DNA of 64,000 nt, from the NCBI GenBank assembly GCA_002633005.1, contig NMRA01000174.1:465790-529789 (forward strand), read 5' to 3'. The position numbers were made by a program, and so were the translations under genes. Of the stretch, positions 10,301 to 25,300 are shown piece by piece. The notes beneath the pieces are model-generated. The model was not told where the DNA came from and did not search any database. It saw nothing but the letters and a program-made list of their open reading frames with translations. How positions within the stretch are numbered: the stretch's first letter is position 1; each line of letters starts with the position of its first letter. Origin of the DNA: Phoronis australis (taxonomy: Eukaryota > Animalia > Phoronida).

Positions 10301-13300
10301 GTCTAGTCTGATTTTACAATACAGGTCCCCCTTCAGGTTATGAATGCCTCTAGCTTTCAACAGTTTTCCAACAACATAGTAGTATTTTTCTTCTGTAATG
10401 TTGAGGCTCAAATCTAAAACATAATATTCAAAAGTCTTAAAGTAAAGAACAATGAAAAGATGTACTGGGCATTTTAACCACTTTAATCAGTAAACAATGT
10501 CATGACAACTTTTAAAACAAAGAAAACATCTTAACTGAAGATAATCAGAAAAATCTTATTTAGTCTTTCAATAAGTTATCGGGTATCAAGTGCAGAATAG
10601 TCTTAACTACCAGAACATAATGCAAGTCAAGAGAATGACAGACATGATTAATAACCATCCAATGTACAATATTACAAATAAACATAAAAAAATCAATGAA
10701 ACATCTAATGAAAAATCTGAGACAGGGTTTTCGTATTGAATGATCGTGCTGTCTGAAAATTCAAACAACAGGAAAATATGTGGGCCCTTTTCAAAGAAAT
10801 CGTGTTTTGAAGTTTATAGGCTGACCCAAACAATGAACAAAGAAAAATGGCATTTTGTGTTATCTGTAACCCACTCAACATTTCTCCATCGCATTATCAT
10901 TCAAACTGATCTTGGTGGCTGTGACAGCTAATGAAATGTGCTTAAAGACACTTCTATATAGGTCATTTTTTTTCAATAGTTACGAAAACTTGATAAGACT
11001 GGACCAATTAATCAGCGTTTTTGTGCCCTTGCCGGCCTCAGAGAAATGAGTTGTTGCGTCACGTGACCATCAGAGGTGGTGCTTATAAAATTAGGTCACC
11101 TCGCATAGCAGTGAGTCAGTGAAAGTGATTGAAAGTGCAGAAATATTGCCGAGGAAACGCCCCCGTGAAAGACAAGACAAAATTTAGAACTGGTTCAGAG
11201 AGAAGTATGCGATAAAATTTCTGAACTCGGGTAAGAGGTGTGTTGAATTTTGTCAGTAGCTGAGTAATTTATTTACAGTTTGCTAAGCTGTGCTACAGAG
11301 ACTGACGGTAGGGCCGACAAGTGCTTTCACGCGTTGCAATTTCTAAAAATAAACTCACAATCTTAAATTTACGGTTTGAGTATCATCTAAGATCTATTCT
11401 GAATACTAGGTATCACGGAGGGCAATACTTTACTGCACACAAGTCATCTACAGAGTTCTAAATAGTGATATTTATAATCACTGAGTGAAGTTGCATGACT
11501 TCAATAATGATTGTCGGGATTTACGGCGGGTTATTGAACCTACTGATAAACACTAGGGCTTTGAGTTGTGGAACAAATTTGGCACACAATATGATTTAAC
11601 TGACACATTGCAGGTAAGTTTCATGTTCTAGGAGGGGCCTGCGAAAAAACGGTGATTTTAAATAGAAAAATACAGTTGTAAGGGCAAAATGAAAAAAATT
11701 TGAAATCCTCCCAAACTTTGTTATGAATAAAAGAAATATATCAAAACCAACAAAATTTACTGAGACAGAGGTACACGTATCCTTGAGGCGCTAGGTCGAT
11801 AGAGTGGCAGATGTCAAAAACTCAAAAATAACAAAAATGGCCATACAGTGCATGGAATACATCCGAAAATAGGAAGGTGTCATTGTCTATATCATAGAAA
11901 CCATGTTTCATGAATATTCGTCAGGGAACTCCAAAGAAGAGGAAAACATACAAAATAAAATTGCCACAAGAGCTTGGTAGTTGGTTCCGTCCAAAAGTCA
12001 TCAATCATGGTCATTTCCCAGAAATACAACTGTCAAATTTGAAAAAGATTCTGCAAGTTTAGGAGATACAGCCACAGATGCCAATCAACTACCAAACGGG
12101 ACTGCCACAGAAGTCAGAGCTGTCTGAAAACTTACTCATGCCGTCCCATTCATTATAAAAACATATCTACATAATTTCACGAGTATCCATCAAGGGTTTT
12201 AGGAGATACAGCAGCGGATGCTGGAAGGACAGACTGGGATAACAGCAGCAGCTCCACACTATATATATGTGGATGCATAAAATGTTTTTTGGCTTTGCAA
12301 CCAATAATATCCCTTTAAAAAGTTTGGGGATACCATTAATGTCCTATAAGGTACACATTTTTAAAACGCTAATAACACTATTACACAAATAATTCAGTCA
12401 TAATGATAGTAATAACGATTGTTACGACAAAAATAATGACAATGTAAAAGCTCATTATTTTGTCTAGAGTTGTTACTTAACCACTTACTGGAACCCTTGT
12501 CAGCTGAGACACTGTGCGTAGACCCCAGTGAACTCAATCTGCAAACAAACGGAATATGAATAAATACACAACACTCCGATAAACAACCAATAGAATTTAA
12601 ATCATAGTTTCACCTTAACAATAGTTTCAAAATAAAGAAGATTTCACACAAACTAACTTTCAGAATAGTCTGTTCATGTCTGGTTGCCACCTGAGCCTGC
12701 AAACAACAAGGTGTCTCCTTGAGTATTAATATTGAATCTTTTTCTTAATTTTTATTGATTCAATTTATAGATATTATAGTGATACATATGCAAATTAATA
12801 TACCAGAACAAATCATACGGTTGCTACATCATAATTAAGCTTTATTATAAACTATCGACATTATTTACAAGTATTTCCTCACACTGATAAGCAAAAGCAA
12901 ACCAACAGCCAAGCAATCACAAAACATCTTACGAGTCAGACTTCTTCATAGCCCAATCTTCCCTGTTTGATCTGTGCAGTTCACTCCCAGACAGGCGAGG
13001 TCGTCTTTGGCTGACTTTTTGAACATTTGGTTCTGAGCCAGCTCTCCGCATTTGAGAGGTGCCACTACGACGTTTAGGTTGAATTGCCTTTTCGTACGCA
13101 ATATTGATTCGATGAGCAATAGGATCATCTAACTAAAAATTCAACAACCCATATTTTTGTAATAGATTCACCTTTATTTTGCATTTCTTTACACCAAAAA
13201 CATGAAACAGCAGTCAATTGAAACCAGAAAAAATAAGAAAAAAAATCAGTTTCTCAACTCTACGTTTAGTCATTAACAAAACAAAAACACAGAAGAGAAT

Positions 13301-16300
13301 GTTTCAAATCATATGATAACCCTATGGACAAATATCTCACATTCAACGCTTCAACAACATATCAGTAGCAGAAAACAAATGAAAACATTAGGAACAATAA
13401 CCATACCTGAACATCATCAAGGTTGGTTTCCATCACTCTCTTATTCCATAGTTTCCCAGATCTGGGAGAGTCTACTGCCGATGACGATGTGGGGGACATA
13501 GCCTCTGCTCTTAGGTTTTGCCTCGAGTTTTCGACAGAGCGCGACAAGTGACCTCTCCTGGCAGACTCCAAGTCACGTTCGGGTGCATCTTGGAAACAAT
13601 TCTCGGCCAACATAGCTTTCCTGGTTGAAAGCAGGTCAAATTCAGGCGATGTCATGCTACGTTCTAGAGGCGATTTGCGCGTCCGTGTACGCGGGAGAGA
13701 TCTATGTTCAGGTAGACTTGTAGACAAGCTAGGTGATTGAGGATTGAGACCCAGACTGCCATCTGTCGAATCATCGAAGGATACACCACGGCTTTGGCTG
13801 TACCTACGCCTCAGTTCTGCCACATATGGCGGCGACATTATGTCCGTGTTTGACAGACGCACCATGTTGGTTGTTGTTGGCAATGGTGGCGGTGATGTGG
13901 CGTTACCAACAGATGATTTGAGGTCGTGATCTGGAAGCAATTTGATGGGCTCACTTAAGTTAGAGCCACTACTGCTTGACCTCTTGTTGATATTATTATT
14001 ATCATTGCCCCTTTTGTCTCTGTCTTTATCAGCACCAGACTGCCTGCGCTTGCGAGATTTGGAATTTGCAAAGGAAGATTTAACTGGTGTGCTGACATTG
14101 GATCCCACATCACCATCGAAGACAGAATCGGAGCTCTCTTGTCGACTGGTTCGGCGCTTAGTTGGAGCAGTCACTTCACCCTGTTGCTGGACACTAGAGG
14201 TCAGGTCAGGGGTGACCTTGATCGAGCACTGAAGGTGCCCTGAGGGTACACCTTGCAGCTGGAACCAGTGAGGACTACCCTGAAAGAAAGAAGAGAAATG
14301 TTTCAGTTCCGCAGTCAGGGTAATTTTCTATTGCTAAATTTGAAAACATACAATGAAAGAAAAACAGTGGAAAAAAGTTGAATATCAATTTATCGTGATG
14401 GATACAAGTAAACAACTGAAACTGAGTTAATAAACATATTGAATAGTAACAAACAACCAAAAAAGAACAAAAGGAATTATTTGTAAACTTACTTAAATTT
14501 AAACTTCAGCTACTGTTTCTTTGGTATAATGAAGATAAGAAAAAAACTCAACTTTTTCATAGAAATTAAAAAGAATAATCATACCTGAGACGATATTTTT
14601 TGAATTTCATCAATTCCCAGAGTGACAGAGCCCAAGAAATCTTTAACAAACAGCCGGTCTCGGTCCCATATGATCTGAAAAGACAAGCAAGAATTCGAGA
14701 AGTTCAAAATTGTTCTAAATAGAAAATACATCCTTCATCACAAATAAATCATACATCAAAATAATCAGCAACTTTGAAAAATGTGTTTGAATTTTTTTGT
14801 CAACATAAGACAGACGAATGACTTTGAAACGTTTCATGTTTTCACCTTTTCTGAAGATGATGATCACTCAATTTCCGCAAAATATTCCCAAAATTTTCAA
14901 ATGAAAAAATTTCACTTTCAAATTCCATACAGTGTATAATAAGGTCCCCAAAATCTACTGGCGGTTGGCATTGCCCCACCAATATCAAGTTCTTTACCTT
15001 CTTTAGATATCACACCAACAATATTTTTCCCCAAGTCAAAACTTAATTTTCTTGCTGTGGAAACGAGGTCAACGTGACAAAACCAACTGTGGTGACCTTT
15101 AACATCTCAGTACAAAATACGACCATAACCTCCCTTCTTGAGATATTGTGCTGACATATTTTTCCAAAAAATTGATTTTCTCCATTTGATCTAGAAAATG
15201 ATATCAAGGTCATCACAATCGACTAGTGCATAGAGTCGCCTCATCTTGGTGCAAAATATGAACACTTTCTAAATCTCCTTCCTTGAGACATGGTGTTAAC
15301 ATTTTCCCCAAGTCAAAACCTGATGTTCTCAATATGACCTTGAAAGTGATTCAAGGTCACCAAAATCAACTAGTAACTGGAACTGCCCCACAAAACATGA
15401 ACAAAATTTAAAGCTTTGATCTTAAGACATCGCACCAACAACATTGTTAGCACAAAGCCGGGGACAAAACTTCCCACTGAGGTCAAAATCCGCTTAAACT
15501 CACACAGACACTCGGCATATGAGGATTGGTTCTCTTTAACTGCATCAGTGAACACTTCTTAGCCATGTTTTACAACAGACGTGTTGTGAAAAACAAGACA
15601 GGGATTAGTTTGTTGTAAGTGTAGAGATTATTACATAGTATTGAGCAAGAAAGCCAGTTATGAAAGTGCTTGGCCCGTACTTCACACCCTTACTACTTAG
15701 GCTCACCCATACTTCACACCCTTACTACTTAGGCTCACCCATATTTCACTACAAGGTCTACTCCAAACAGTGCATAAGGCAACGCTTGGAAATCAGCATG
15801 AAGAGGTTGAATTTGGCCACAAAACTGACTGGTGTTTTGAAACGTGTTTATTGTCCGCGACCATGCTTGGCATAAAATGACCTGCTGAGACAAGCCAAAT
15901 TGTTAAGCAGTATAATTCATAGCAAGTTCTAAACAGGACCGCTGTCAGGTCAAATTTGATAAAGGAGCGGACCACTTTCATAACACAGTAAGTGGTCAGA
16001 ACCAAAACTGAGGTTTGTAGCAGCTCCAACCGGGTAACATCAAAACACACAGGAACACGACACAAAACTTACAAGCTCCAAGAAATCCTCATCGCTGGGC
16101 ATTACCATGGTGACATTTTCTTCCCACACTGGTGCAACGGTGCTGCATTTTGTGGTGGTTCTAAACTTCACCTCTGGTCCTATCTTGATTTCACAGTAAG
16201 GATCACTGAAACCTGGAAACAAAAATTTGTGGCATATTTAAACACAACAAGACTGTGAAACAGTGTAATGAATAAATTAGAACATCTCCAATTGACAGTT

Positions 16301-19300
16301 TTCAGTAATTTTTTAAAAAGTTGATTATTTAAAATCTATTTCAAAAACAAAACAATTTAATAGGCTTTACTTAGATACTGTAAATTAAAAATGAAAAAGG
16401 ACATAAAACATGAGGAATAAGTTGAAAGGTAATCAAAGTAATTAACTTCCACTACTTAAAAACATCCAACAGATTATACATAAAATAATACACCATAGGT
16501 TGTATATGCAGGCATAAGAATAGTTAAAATAACAGTAGATATATATAACATTGGAATCCTATGAGCTATTGAGCAGAAAGTCTTTCTCCTTTCATTATAC
16601 TGATCAACTTGCATCTGGTCTTACCACTTGGTTTCGTAGATATCAGGTCCTTGGCTCTCAGTATGGCAAAGTCCACTAGTGGAGGGGTGACCCCATCTAT
16701 ATTGAATATAGTTGCAACAGTGTAGAGACTAACTGAAGTTCGTGACTAATACACGGATAAGCAATGCATTTCCTGAATCATTATTCAAAAGTACATGCAA
16801 TAACACCTGACAACCAAGCATGAAAACATTTTTTCATTTTCTTTCTGGACCAATAAATATTTTTTACCATAATTTTAAGGGATCAGTTACAGCAATTCCG
16901 ACAAATGCAGTAGACGTTCAAGAAAAAAATACATTCATATTGCAATAAAATATAAAGAACAGACACAACTATGACATATTTAAAACAACCAGGGAGACGC
17001 CTACATGTTAAAAGTTGATCAAACGATGTTGTCAGCCCTTGGGCACCACTGAGAAAGAGCAGTTTAACGAAAGGTGTCTGCCACTCAGACTATATACCAA
17101 CATAGGCATCTCTCTGTGGCTATTTGAAGTATGCAAGCAGTCAAATACAGAATGACACCCTGACATTTGTGTTTAGGATAGGAAGATTTCATGTGAAACG
17201 CAGCAGTTTCTAGCATATGCAGTTGACTTTGTATTTCACAATATGAATGAATTTGTTTGGCTTTATGCCAATACATTCCGCCACCCACCTCTAAAGCCAC
17301 TGTCCACAGTTGCGCTGTCTGAACTGGCCTGGCTCATCTGACTTGGCAGTTTCCTTTTGGCCTGAAATCATGCAAAGATTCCATAATAACAACATACACT
17401 ACACCCGTAACTGCTTCAGTCAGTTAAACGTTAATTAACTGAAATAGGTCGTACCTTGTGTGCGATTGCATGACTTCGTATAATGCAGGCAATTATTTTG
17501 CTTATACTGTAAAATTTCCTGAACTTAGAATGGTGCCAAAGTCCTTAAAGTGCTACCTGCAGACTATTCACTGTTTGCGAGTAAAGTGAATGTCATCTAT
17601 TAAGACAATGATTTGAGAAGACTTCACAAATAACTCAAAGATTAACGGTTTAGATTTTAAAGTGATTTTATTTATGTGCTGTTGTTACAACACCAACTCT
17701 AAAAATAAAACACAGTTGAGTTGTGCATCATTGGCCGACACAAACCAGTTCGAACCATATTAGTGATGAGTATGTCTGGAAGAAGCAACCCCGTGGGAGA
17801 TTCCAATGAAAATTAAGATGACTGTATTTGACTGATATGCTATTGAACAACACAATTCCACAGTGACTCCATTAGGTGTAAAAATGGAAAGTAGCGCAAA
17901 ACTTCTCTGTTGCCCATGGCCAGTGAGGTTTCCTTTCATCTTACACAGATACTGATTTTCCCTCAGTTATCCTCAGTGTTAGTAAGAGAGTAGCATGCTG
18001 AGCGTATTGGGTTTGTAGACTCAGGTTACAAACCACACAGCTGCCTGGGTGAACCAAATATTGTTTTGGGTTGTTTTCACTTTTCTATGTTAAAAAGTAC
18101 GTCCGCATATTTGTCTTAATTACGGAAAACTTTCAAACTGAAGCACAACTATTGGTCTAGGACAATTTACGGTATTTTGATGTGACCAGTTTTATAGTAC
18201 ATGTACTGCTCTGTGGAAGGTCCTGCAGTTAGACACTGTTCCAAAACAAATGGTCTGATATGGGTTAATGCTGACCTAACTGATATAGTTTGAACCCATC
18301 ATTAGAGGGTAATCTTACATAACCAGATTGGTGAGACAACTGTCTCACACACATTTTGCATTTCAATATTTTGCCTAATGCACTACTCGCTGACTCCATT
18401 GTGGTCTTCTTGTGATGTAATAGATCAAATGACAAATCATATACACATTTCACAATTTTATGATTGTACTGACATTATGAAGATGCAAGTAGCAATTAGA
18501 GGTAAAAAAATCTTAGAAACTCATATTACAAACCTAATACCTATGAAATTGTAGAATTAAAACTCGGCAGTCTTAGAAACTTTAAAATGACTGTAGCATC
18601 ACATTTCAATTGTGTAAACATTGTAAAACAAGAAAATCACCATAATTTAAATGATGTCATTTTCTAAAGTTTGGGAAACTAAAGTTGTTAATTTCAAAAC
18701 AAAAGTTTCAGTTAAAACAAAAACGTTAAACAATTTATGCCCATGTGAGTGCATATCGGAAATAATGATTTTTTTCTTTAAAATATGATCTTCAAGTGTT
18801 TTGCATATAGTCCCATTTCAGATATAGGTGCAGCTTCACACATAGGCGCATGGGCCAAAATTCGTGAATTTACAGTATACGCAGAACTACCTTTGCACTG
18901 GAAGGTCGCTCACTCGGAAAATTGTTGAGAATGAACTCTTCCATCAAGAGAAAATGTTTGTCTGCAAAACAAAACGCAGTGAAATTTCAGTAACAAACCG
19001 AAACGAGTTTCTGAGAATAAATATTAGTTATTACAGATCTCATTATCTTGCCACACGTTGGTCGCATTCCATGAACAAAAATTGAACAGCTTCTTTGAAT
19101 CTTAATTACACGGAAGTATAATTGTGTATGTAAACACTCATGATCATAACTATGTGCTGGTTTTCTATGAACATAATGACCATAAAGTTTCATTCCAAAC
19201 ATAATATTTCACACGATGATGCAAAACTTACGAAGAGCAATCTTAAATACAAACTTTATTATCATATTAGCGTTCAAAATCTACGGAAAATTTCAAATAT

Positions 19301-22300
19301 TACACGGGCCAAGTTTTGCTCAGTCCCTAAAAAAACCCGAGACTTGAATAATTACTCAGAGACATTTCTTATGTTTTGAAGAATACCAAAAGGAATTCGA
19401 CCGGAAGTACTAGAAATCTTGAGTATCAATTCAGCTTTCCGATTAGTAATTAAGAATTAGTGCGACTGCACATAATTCCTGAGTAAAATCTTGAGCACAG
19501 TTCGGAAAGTTGCTTAAAAATTCCAAGACAACAATGTGGCAACTTGAAAAAGTACCTTACATATATATTTGAAGCTTTACATTCATAACATATCCTATTA
19601 CAAACTGTGACTTCGTAATAATGGAATTATCATCAGTATGAGTAAATGAAAAATCATTTATAAAGTATAGGCTTCCATTTTTAATTTGAGAAATCAGGAG
19701 ACGACAAAGGATTCTTTCACACCTGCCGTAGTAGGAAACTTCAAGTTCATTGACCAGATTGCAGAGACACTGACACCCACTTTTGTTTTATCACACCAAA
19801 GACTTTCATAGCCACTGAAGAATAGTTCTCCAGTCTGGTTTATCCTGAAGGGACTTGAGTTAAGTTTAGTGGTCGCAATTTCTCAAGCATTACTCAAGTA
19901 AGTAGTTTGGAGTAAAATGTTTTGTGTAATTTAAGGGTTTGAGTAAAGTTTGATGGTCACGGGTCCACCTATCATATAAATTGGCATTGGTAGTACCGCA
20001 GTCATCAGAAATGTCAGATGTCCTGTGCCGTGCACACTGCCCTCTACCACACAAAACATAACTGATCATAGATCACTGCAACTGCACCTGGCTTGGACAG
20101 TGCCAGGACCGGCCTGAACACTAATGAGACAATCAGAGAACCACACATTGGGTTGGTGTCTGCTGTAATCACATGGCGCTGGACAGGAACAGCCTTCTCT
20201 ACAATCTTAGGCTCATTCTGCAAAAGCAACATTCAACACGTAATATTTTACTGCTCATCATGTTTGATATAATTTATTTTAGGAGCTGTTTCTGCATTGC
20301 ATTTAACAACTTTACAGCTTCTAAGAGGCCTGCAATTTATCAATTTCAAATTTCAGAAGTGCTCCAGACCTGGCTTGCATTAAAAACTGATATTTATCAG
20401 AGTCCGGCCATTTACAAATTATTGCATTTGACAANNNNNNNNNNNNNNNNNNNNNNNNNNNNNNNNNNNNNNNNNNNNNNNNNNNNNNNNNNNNNNNNNN
20501 NNNNNNNNNNNNNNNNNNNNNNNNNNNNNNNNNNNNNNNNNNNNNNNNNNNNNNNNNNNNNNNNNNNNNNNNNNNNNNNNNNNNNNNNNNNNNNNNNNNN
20601 NNNNNNNNNNNNNNNNNNNNNNNNNNNNNNNNNNNNNNNNNNNNNNNNNNNNNNNNNNNNNNNNNNNNNNNNNNNNNNNNNNNNNNNNNNNNNNNNNNNN
20701 NNNNNNNNNNNNNNNNNNNNNNNNNNNNNNNNNNNNNNNNNNNNNNNNNNNNNNNNNNNNNNNNNNNNNNNNNNNNNNNNNNNNNNNNNNNNNNNNNNNN
20801 NNNNNNNNNNNNNNNNNNNNNNNNNNNNNNNNNNNNNNNNNNNNNNNNNNNNNNNNNNNNNNNNNNNNNNNNNNNNNNNNNNNNNNNNNNNNNNNNNNNN
20901 NNNNNNNNNNNNNNNNNNNNNNNNNNNNNNNNNNNNNNNNNNNNNNNNNNNNNNNNNNNNNNNNNNNNNNNNNNNNNNNNNNNNNNNNNNNNNNNNNNNN
21001 NNNNNNNNNNNNNNNNNNNNNNNNNNNNNNNNNNNNNNNNNNNNNNNNNNNNNNNNNNNNNNNNNNNNNNNNNNNNNNNNNNNNNNNNNNNNNNNNNNNN
21101 NNNNNNNNNNNNNNNNNNNNNNNNNNNNNNNNNNNNNNNNNNNNNNNNNNNNTAGTCCACTCCAAAGTCACGTCAAGCATGATTTCATATGTTTGTGAGC
21201 ATTGGAGACCTGGCTTACAATAAATTGGATACCTCGCTTCTATTCGGGACTCATTGTTTCATTAATTTCAGCATACTTTATCCTCAGCTTCTATTAGAAA
21301 ACCAACTTGTGTATTGGAAGCTTTACGGAAAAATAACTTAAAAATAATCTCAAAACTCAGTGGCTCCATGCAATGAAATTTGCAAAGGTCTCGATTACAA
21401 ACCCATTACAGGTAAGAAAGAATTATTAGTCTTCACACACAACATGTGTTGGTCATATCATGCATATGAAGACTACATGTCAAGGCAGTGATTCATAACA
21501 CACAATAATATACCAATACAGGTAAGTTAAACACAAAGACCTTCTTACCCAAGACAGCTTAACGTGAGCCACACCCAACATGTTGGAGTCTGAGGCGGGC
21601 AGTCCATCATTATGGTGTATCACTACCGTGAGTAGACACTGGAAGAAGAGTATAGTTCGTTTGCATCAAAGGAGATGTAGTGAAGTTAAAGATGCAAAAC
21701 TAAGTCTCCATTTAGGCATGACAATAGCACGAAACAAATAACTAGAGGCTTTGGGTGAAAATATATCACAGTATAAAAAGAAACAACAGGACTGTAGGTA
21801 CTCCCAATATTTCCATGCAAAGTGCCTAGTAATTCATTTCAAACAGAGAACAGACACAGGCATCCAGAAAAACACTTTGACTCGTCACAGATCATTTCAG
21901 AAATGCACCCAATGTCACTGGCACTCACTGATTGCCAGTCAAACCTGTTCTGGTATTTTTGCGTGTTTTGGAATTTTCCGCGTATTGTACCTGTAGCCAT
22001 CCTGGCAGCTATTCTCTGAATAAAACTTGACAGTTGGTGGATGTTTTACCGCCAAAACACTTCGCTACATTTTAGAAAAGTTGTTATCTTCATTCAAACT
22101 CTAATTGTGTTTGTCAGTGCGAGATCTTTCAGTAGGATTAAATACTTACCATTAACAATAACTTTTATATTCCCTTTTGCCAAAAACACATTCCAACAAT
22201 TCAAGTTTACACTGCTAAACAGCTCTGAGACTTTCTAATTAGTTATATCCACAAAAATTACAAAGCCTTCCATTAACCACAATGTTGAACTTTTGAAGCA

Positions 22301-25300
22301 TCACGAAATACCAAAATAAATTCCTAAAAAGTCATGTTATCCGACAACTTAGGAATGTTTTCAATCAACACTACACTGTTGTTGAAGAGGACACTACAAT
22401 ACCTTAGTGTAGTCGGGCACAATAAACTCAGACAGGCAGCCCCAGTTAGGTTTTATTGTATTGGGTACAGAGCTGGAAACACAGATCTGAAACACACAAA
22501 ATGGTGGTGACCATACCGGCAGTCAGAACACGATTCATGAACAGTGATAATGAAACTGCATGGTACACAAGGCATTTAGACATTATTTATTCTCTGAATG
22601 TAGCACACAACATGGCGGAAACATGGAATGGTGTTTTGTTAAACTTTTCAACCAAAAAAATTAAAAACATCCTAGATGACTCTTAACAAAGCACTGATAT
22701 TTGTAGCACTACCACTGGAGATCAAAGAATGGGCATTTGCTTATTTATTTTTAAGTGAAACAATTGGAGAACAATGTTAACCATGGCTTAGTATTTCACT
22801 GAAACATTTAATCACCTGCAGTTTTGACACAGAAGGAACTGAGGGTTATAACCTTCTGCATACAAAAGTATTACTACAATTAATCACCTACTTAGGAAAA
22901 AACAGGAAAGAAAATTGCAAACATATTTTACCAAATTTCTCAATAAAAACAAAATTCAAGAAAATTCTACACTGACCACTAGCCTGGCTTGTACAGTGCA
23001 GCTGGTGCAAAACATTATTTAGTCAAAAATTGACTATTCACAAAGGTAATCAACCTTCTAAAAATAGAAAAATAATAAATTTTGCTATTGGTGTTGTGCA
23101 AAATAACTAAGACGTATCTAGACTCAAAACTTTACATAGTAATAATACATCTACAATACAATCACACCTATCAGATCATGACTCTGCAGTCGTAATCCAT
23201 CACTGATGAACGATAACAAAAAGCAGACAATGATGCATTCATAACAACTTTCACAGATAAACATGGAATGTTTGATTTATAAGCAGACTGGTGCTATTGT
23301 GGTGTGTAAGACAGGAATGTAACACACAAAACCAGATAAATGATAAGTGTTGATTATTCAAACATTAACACACATGTCTGTACAGCTATGTACCTTTTGC
23401 CTGTCAGCATAAATGATACAGTAAGGATTTGGAGACTTATCACCTTGTGTGGACCGAAGACTTTCAGCCCCGTGTACGAGGACTTGAGTGACACCAGCAA
23501 CTACAACAGTCGTATAATTAAAAGTACATTTAATGCGACGGTATATCATGAGCAAGCCAAAATTTCAATTTTTAACATTGATCAAGATCCTTATATTTCT
23601 TGGCAGAGAAGATGTTTATGTCAGTATTATTATGACAGAATCGTAAATCTCCAGTTTCATACCTTCAACATGCTGGCATACTGTAATGGTCCTTATTGTT
23701 GTTTTGCCTAATTATAGTTCCTAATTTCAAATAAAGCATACTAATACAAAAAACAAAGATATCTTAAGAATTGAAATTATCAATGATTCCGACCTTTAAC
23801 AGTCACCCAAAAATCAAGAAAATAGTCCCAACTTCATCAAAAATGCAACGTCTTAATCATTATTAACTCACAGGGCTTGGAATGACCAACAAAAAAAAGA
23901 GGAAAATTTTCCAGATGATGTATCGTTCCACAAATAAATAGGTGATAGAAATAGTTATTGTGTTATAAAATTTAACTGAAATAAATGTATTTGCATGAAT
24001 AAAGTCAAAATAGTGATAAAAAGAGACAAAAAGAGGAAACTGGAAATCAAATAAGAGGAAATCAAAACCAAAAAAGAGGAAATCCAAGCCCTGAATGCAG
24101 TTGGCATGCAGATATTCGACCAAATGAAACAAACAGCACGGCAAAACTTGGTTGAAAATTGGCTAATGAACTCCCTATTTCTTGAAAAGAAGTATATACA
24201 TTCTTAATTTTTTTACAACAATTATTACTGGACAACTTCTTCCTGCATTTTTCATATTGTCTAAAAATACTCCTTGTGTGCGGATCACATCTGTGTAGTA
24301 GCTCCCCGAGTGACATCGTTAAAAAAACAAACGATAGAAAATTCTTAAAAAATTATATTAAACTGCAGTACTTCGAATGTATACTGCATTCATGGAAGGC
24401 AAGAAATAAAATAAGACCTCAGTCAGTAGTGAGACATTGATAGCAAATAAAAGTCATGACATAACAAACCATTCACAACAAAGCAATTAGGATACTTGGC
24501 ATAGCAGGTGATCAAAGAGAGCCTGTAGGGCAATAGCCAGCCAGTGGGCACAGCAGGAGGGACTTGTTGAATAGAGACAGTGCTTTACTGTAGCCTGTCA
24601 ATTGAGGGTTTAGAACAGGTTCCCCCTCTATATAATTAATGACTCAAGTAATAACAATCTATTTTTATCTTTCTCTGTGTATCTGATAGTAGTGTTATCC
24701 TCTTGCAGTAACACTCTTCTATGAGGCACTCACTCAAAATGGTATTTAGTAGCTCCATTTTGTAAGTGCTAGGACAAGGCGAAAGTGAACAAACAGTCTG
24801 GCTAACGTAACACTGTCTATAGACAGAATGAAGACATTAATTCTCAGGGCAAGTAAATTGGTAGACAACATTACATTACATTTTTGCTTAAGTTCTGGCC
24901 TTAAACTCAACTTGTTCTTCATGACAAGGCTATGAGTTTTAAAATTCTGGTAATACACACACACACACAATATTTTAGCCTACTTTGTAAACAGTAACAT
25001 TATCACATCCGACTTTCTTAATGACTCTCCTGTCTTGCACATAATTATTACCCATCTGGTTGTGGTAGTAAAATATTTTGATTGTAGCACCAGTGATTTG
25101 TGGCTCTGAGTCTAACTTTGACAAGAACCGCTGGATTTGCCTGCCTATCATTCTCTTAGAATAGCTGTTGTTTACAAGGGTCTGTTTAATGGAAGATTCA
25201 CTATTAAACAAATCCCAGTCACTGGAAACACCATATGCTCGCTTGATGAAATTAGTCCGCCAGTTAATTAATATTTTTTCGGGCAGTCACTTTGAGCATT

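Noticed and set aside
17545-18498. Possible TTAA-flanked TIR element (AGTGCTACCTGCA ... TGCAAGTAGCAAT)
   Set aside because: The inverted match is imperfect and the right TSD is absent; too weak to list as a feature.
20173-21198. Long ORFs across N runs (also 32933-33588)
   Set aside because: Artefacts of translating assembly gaps.
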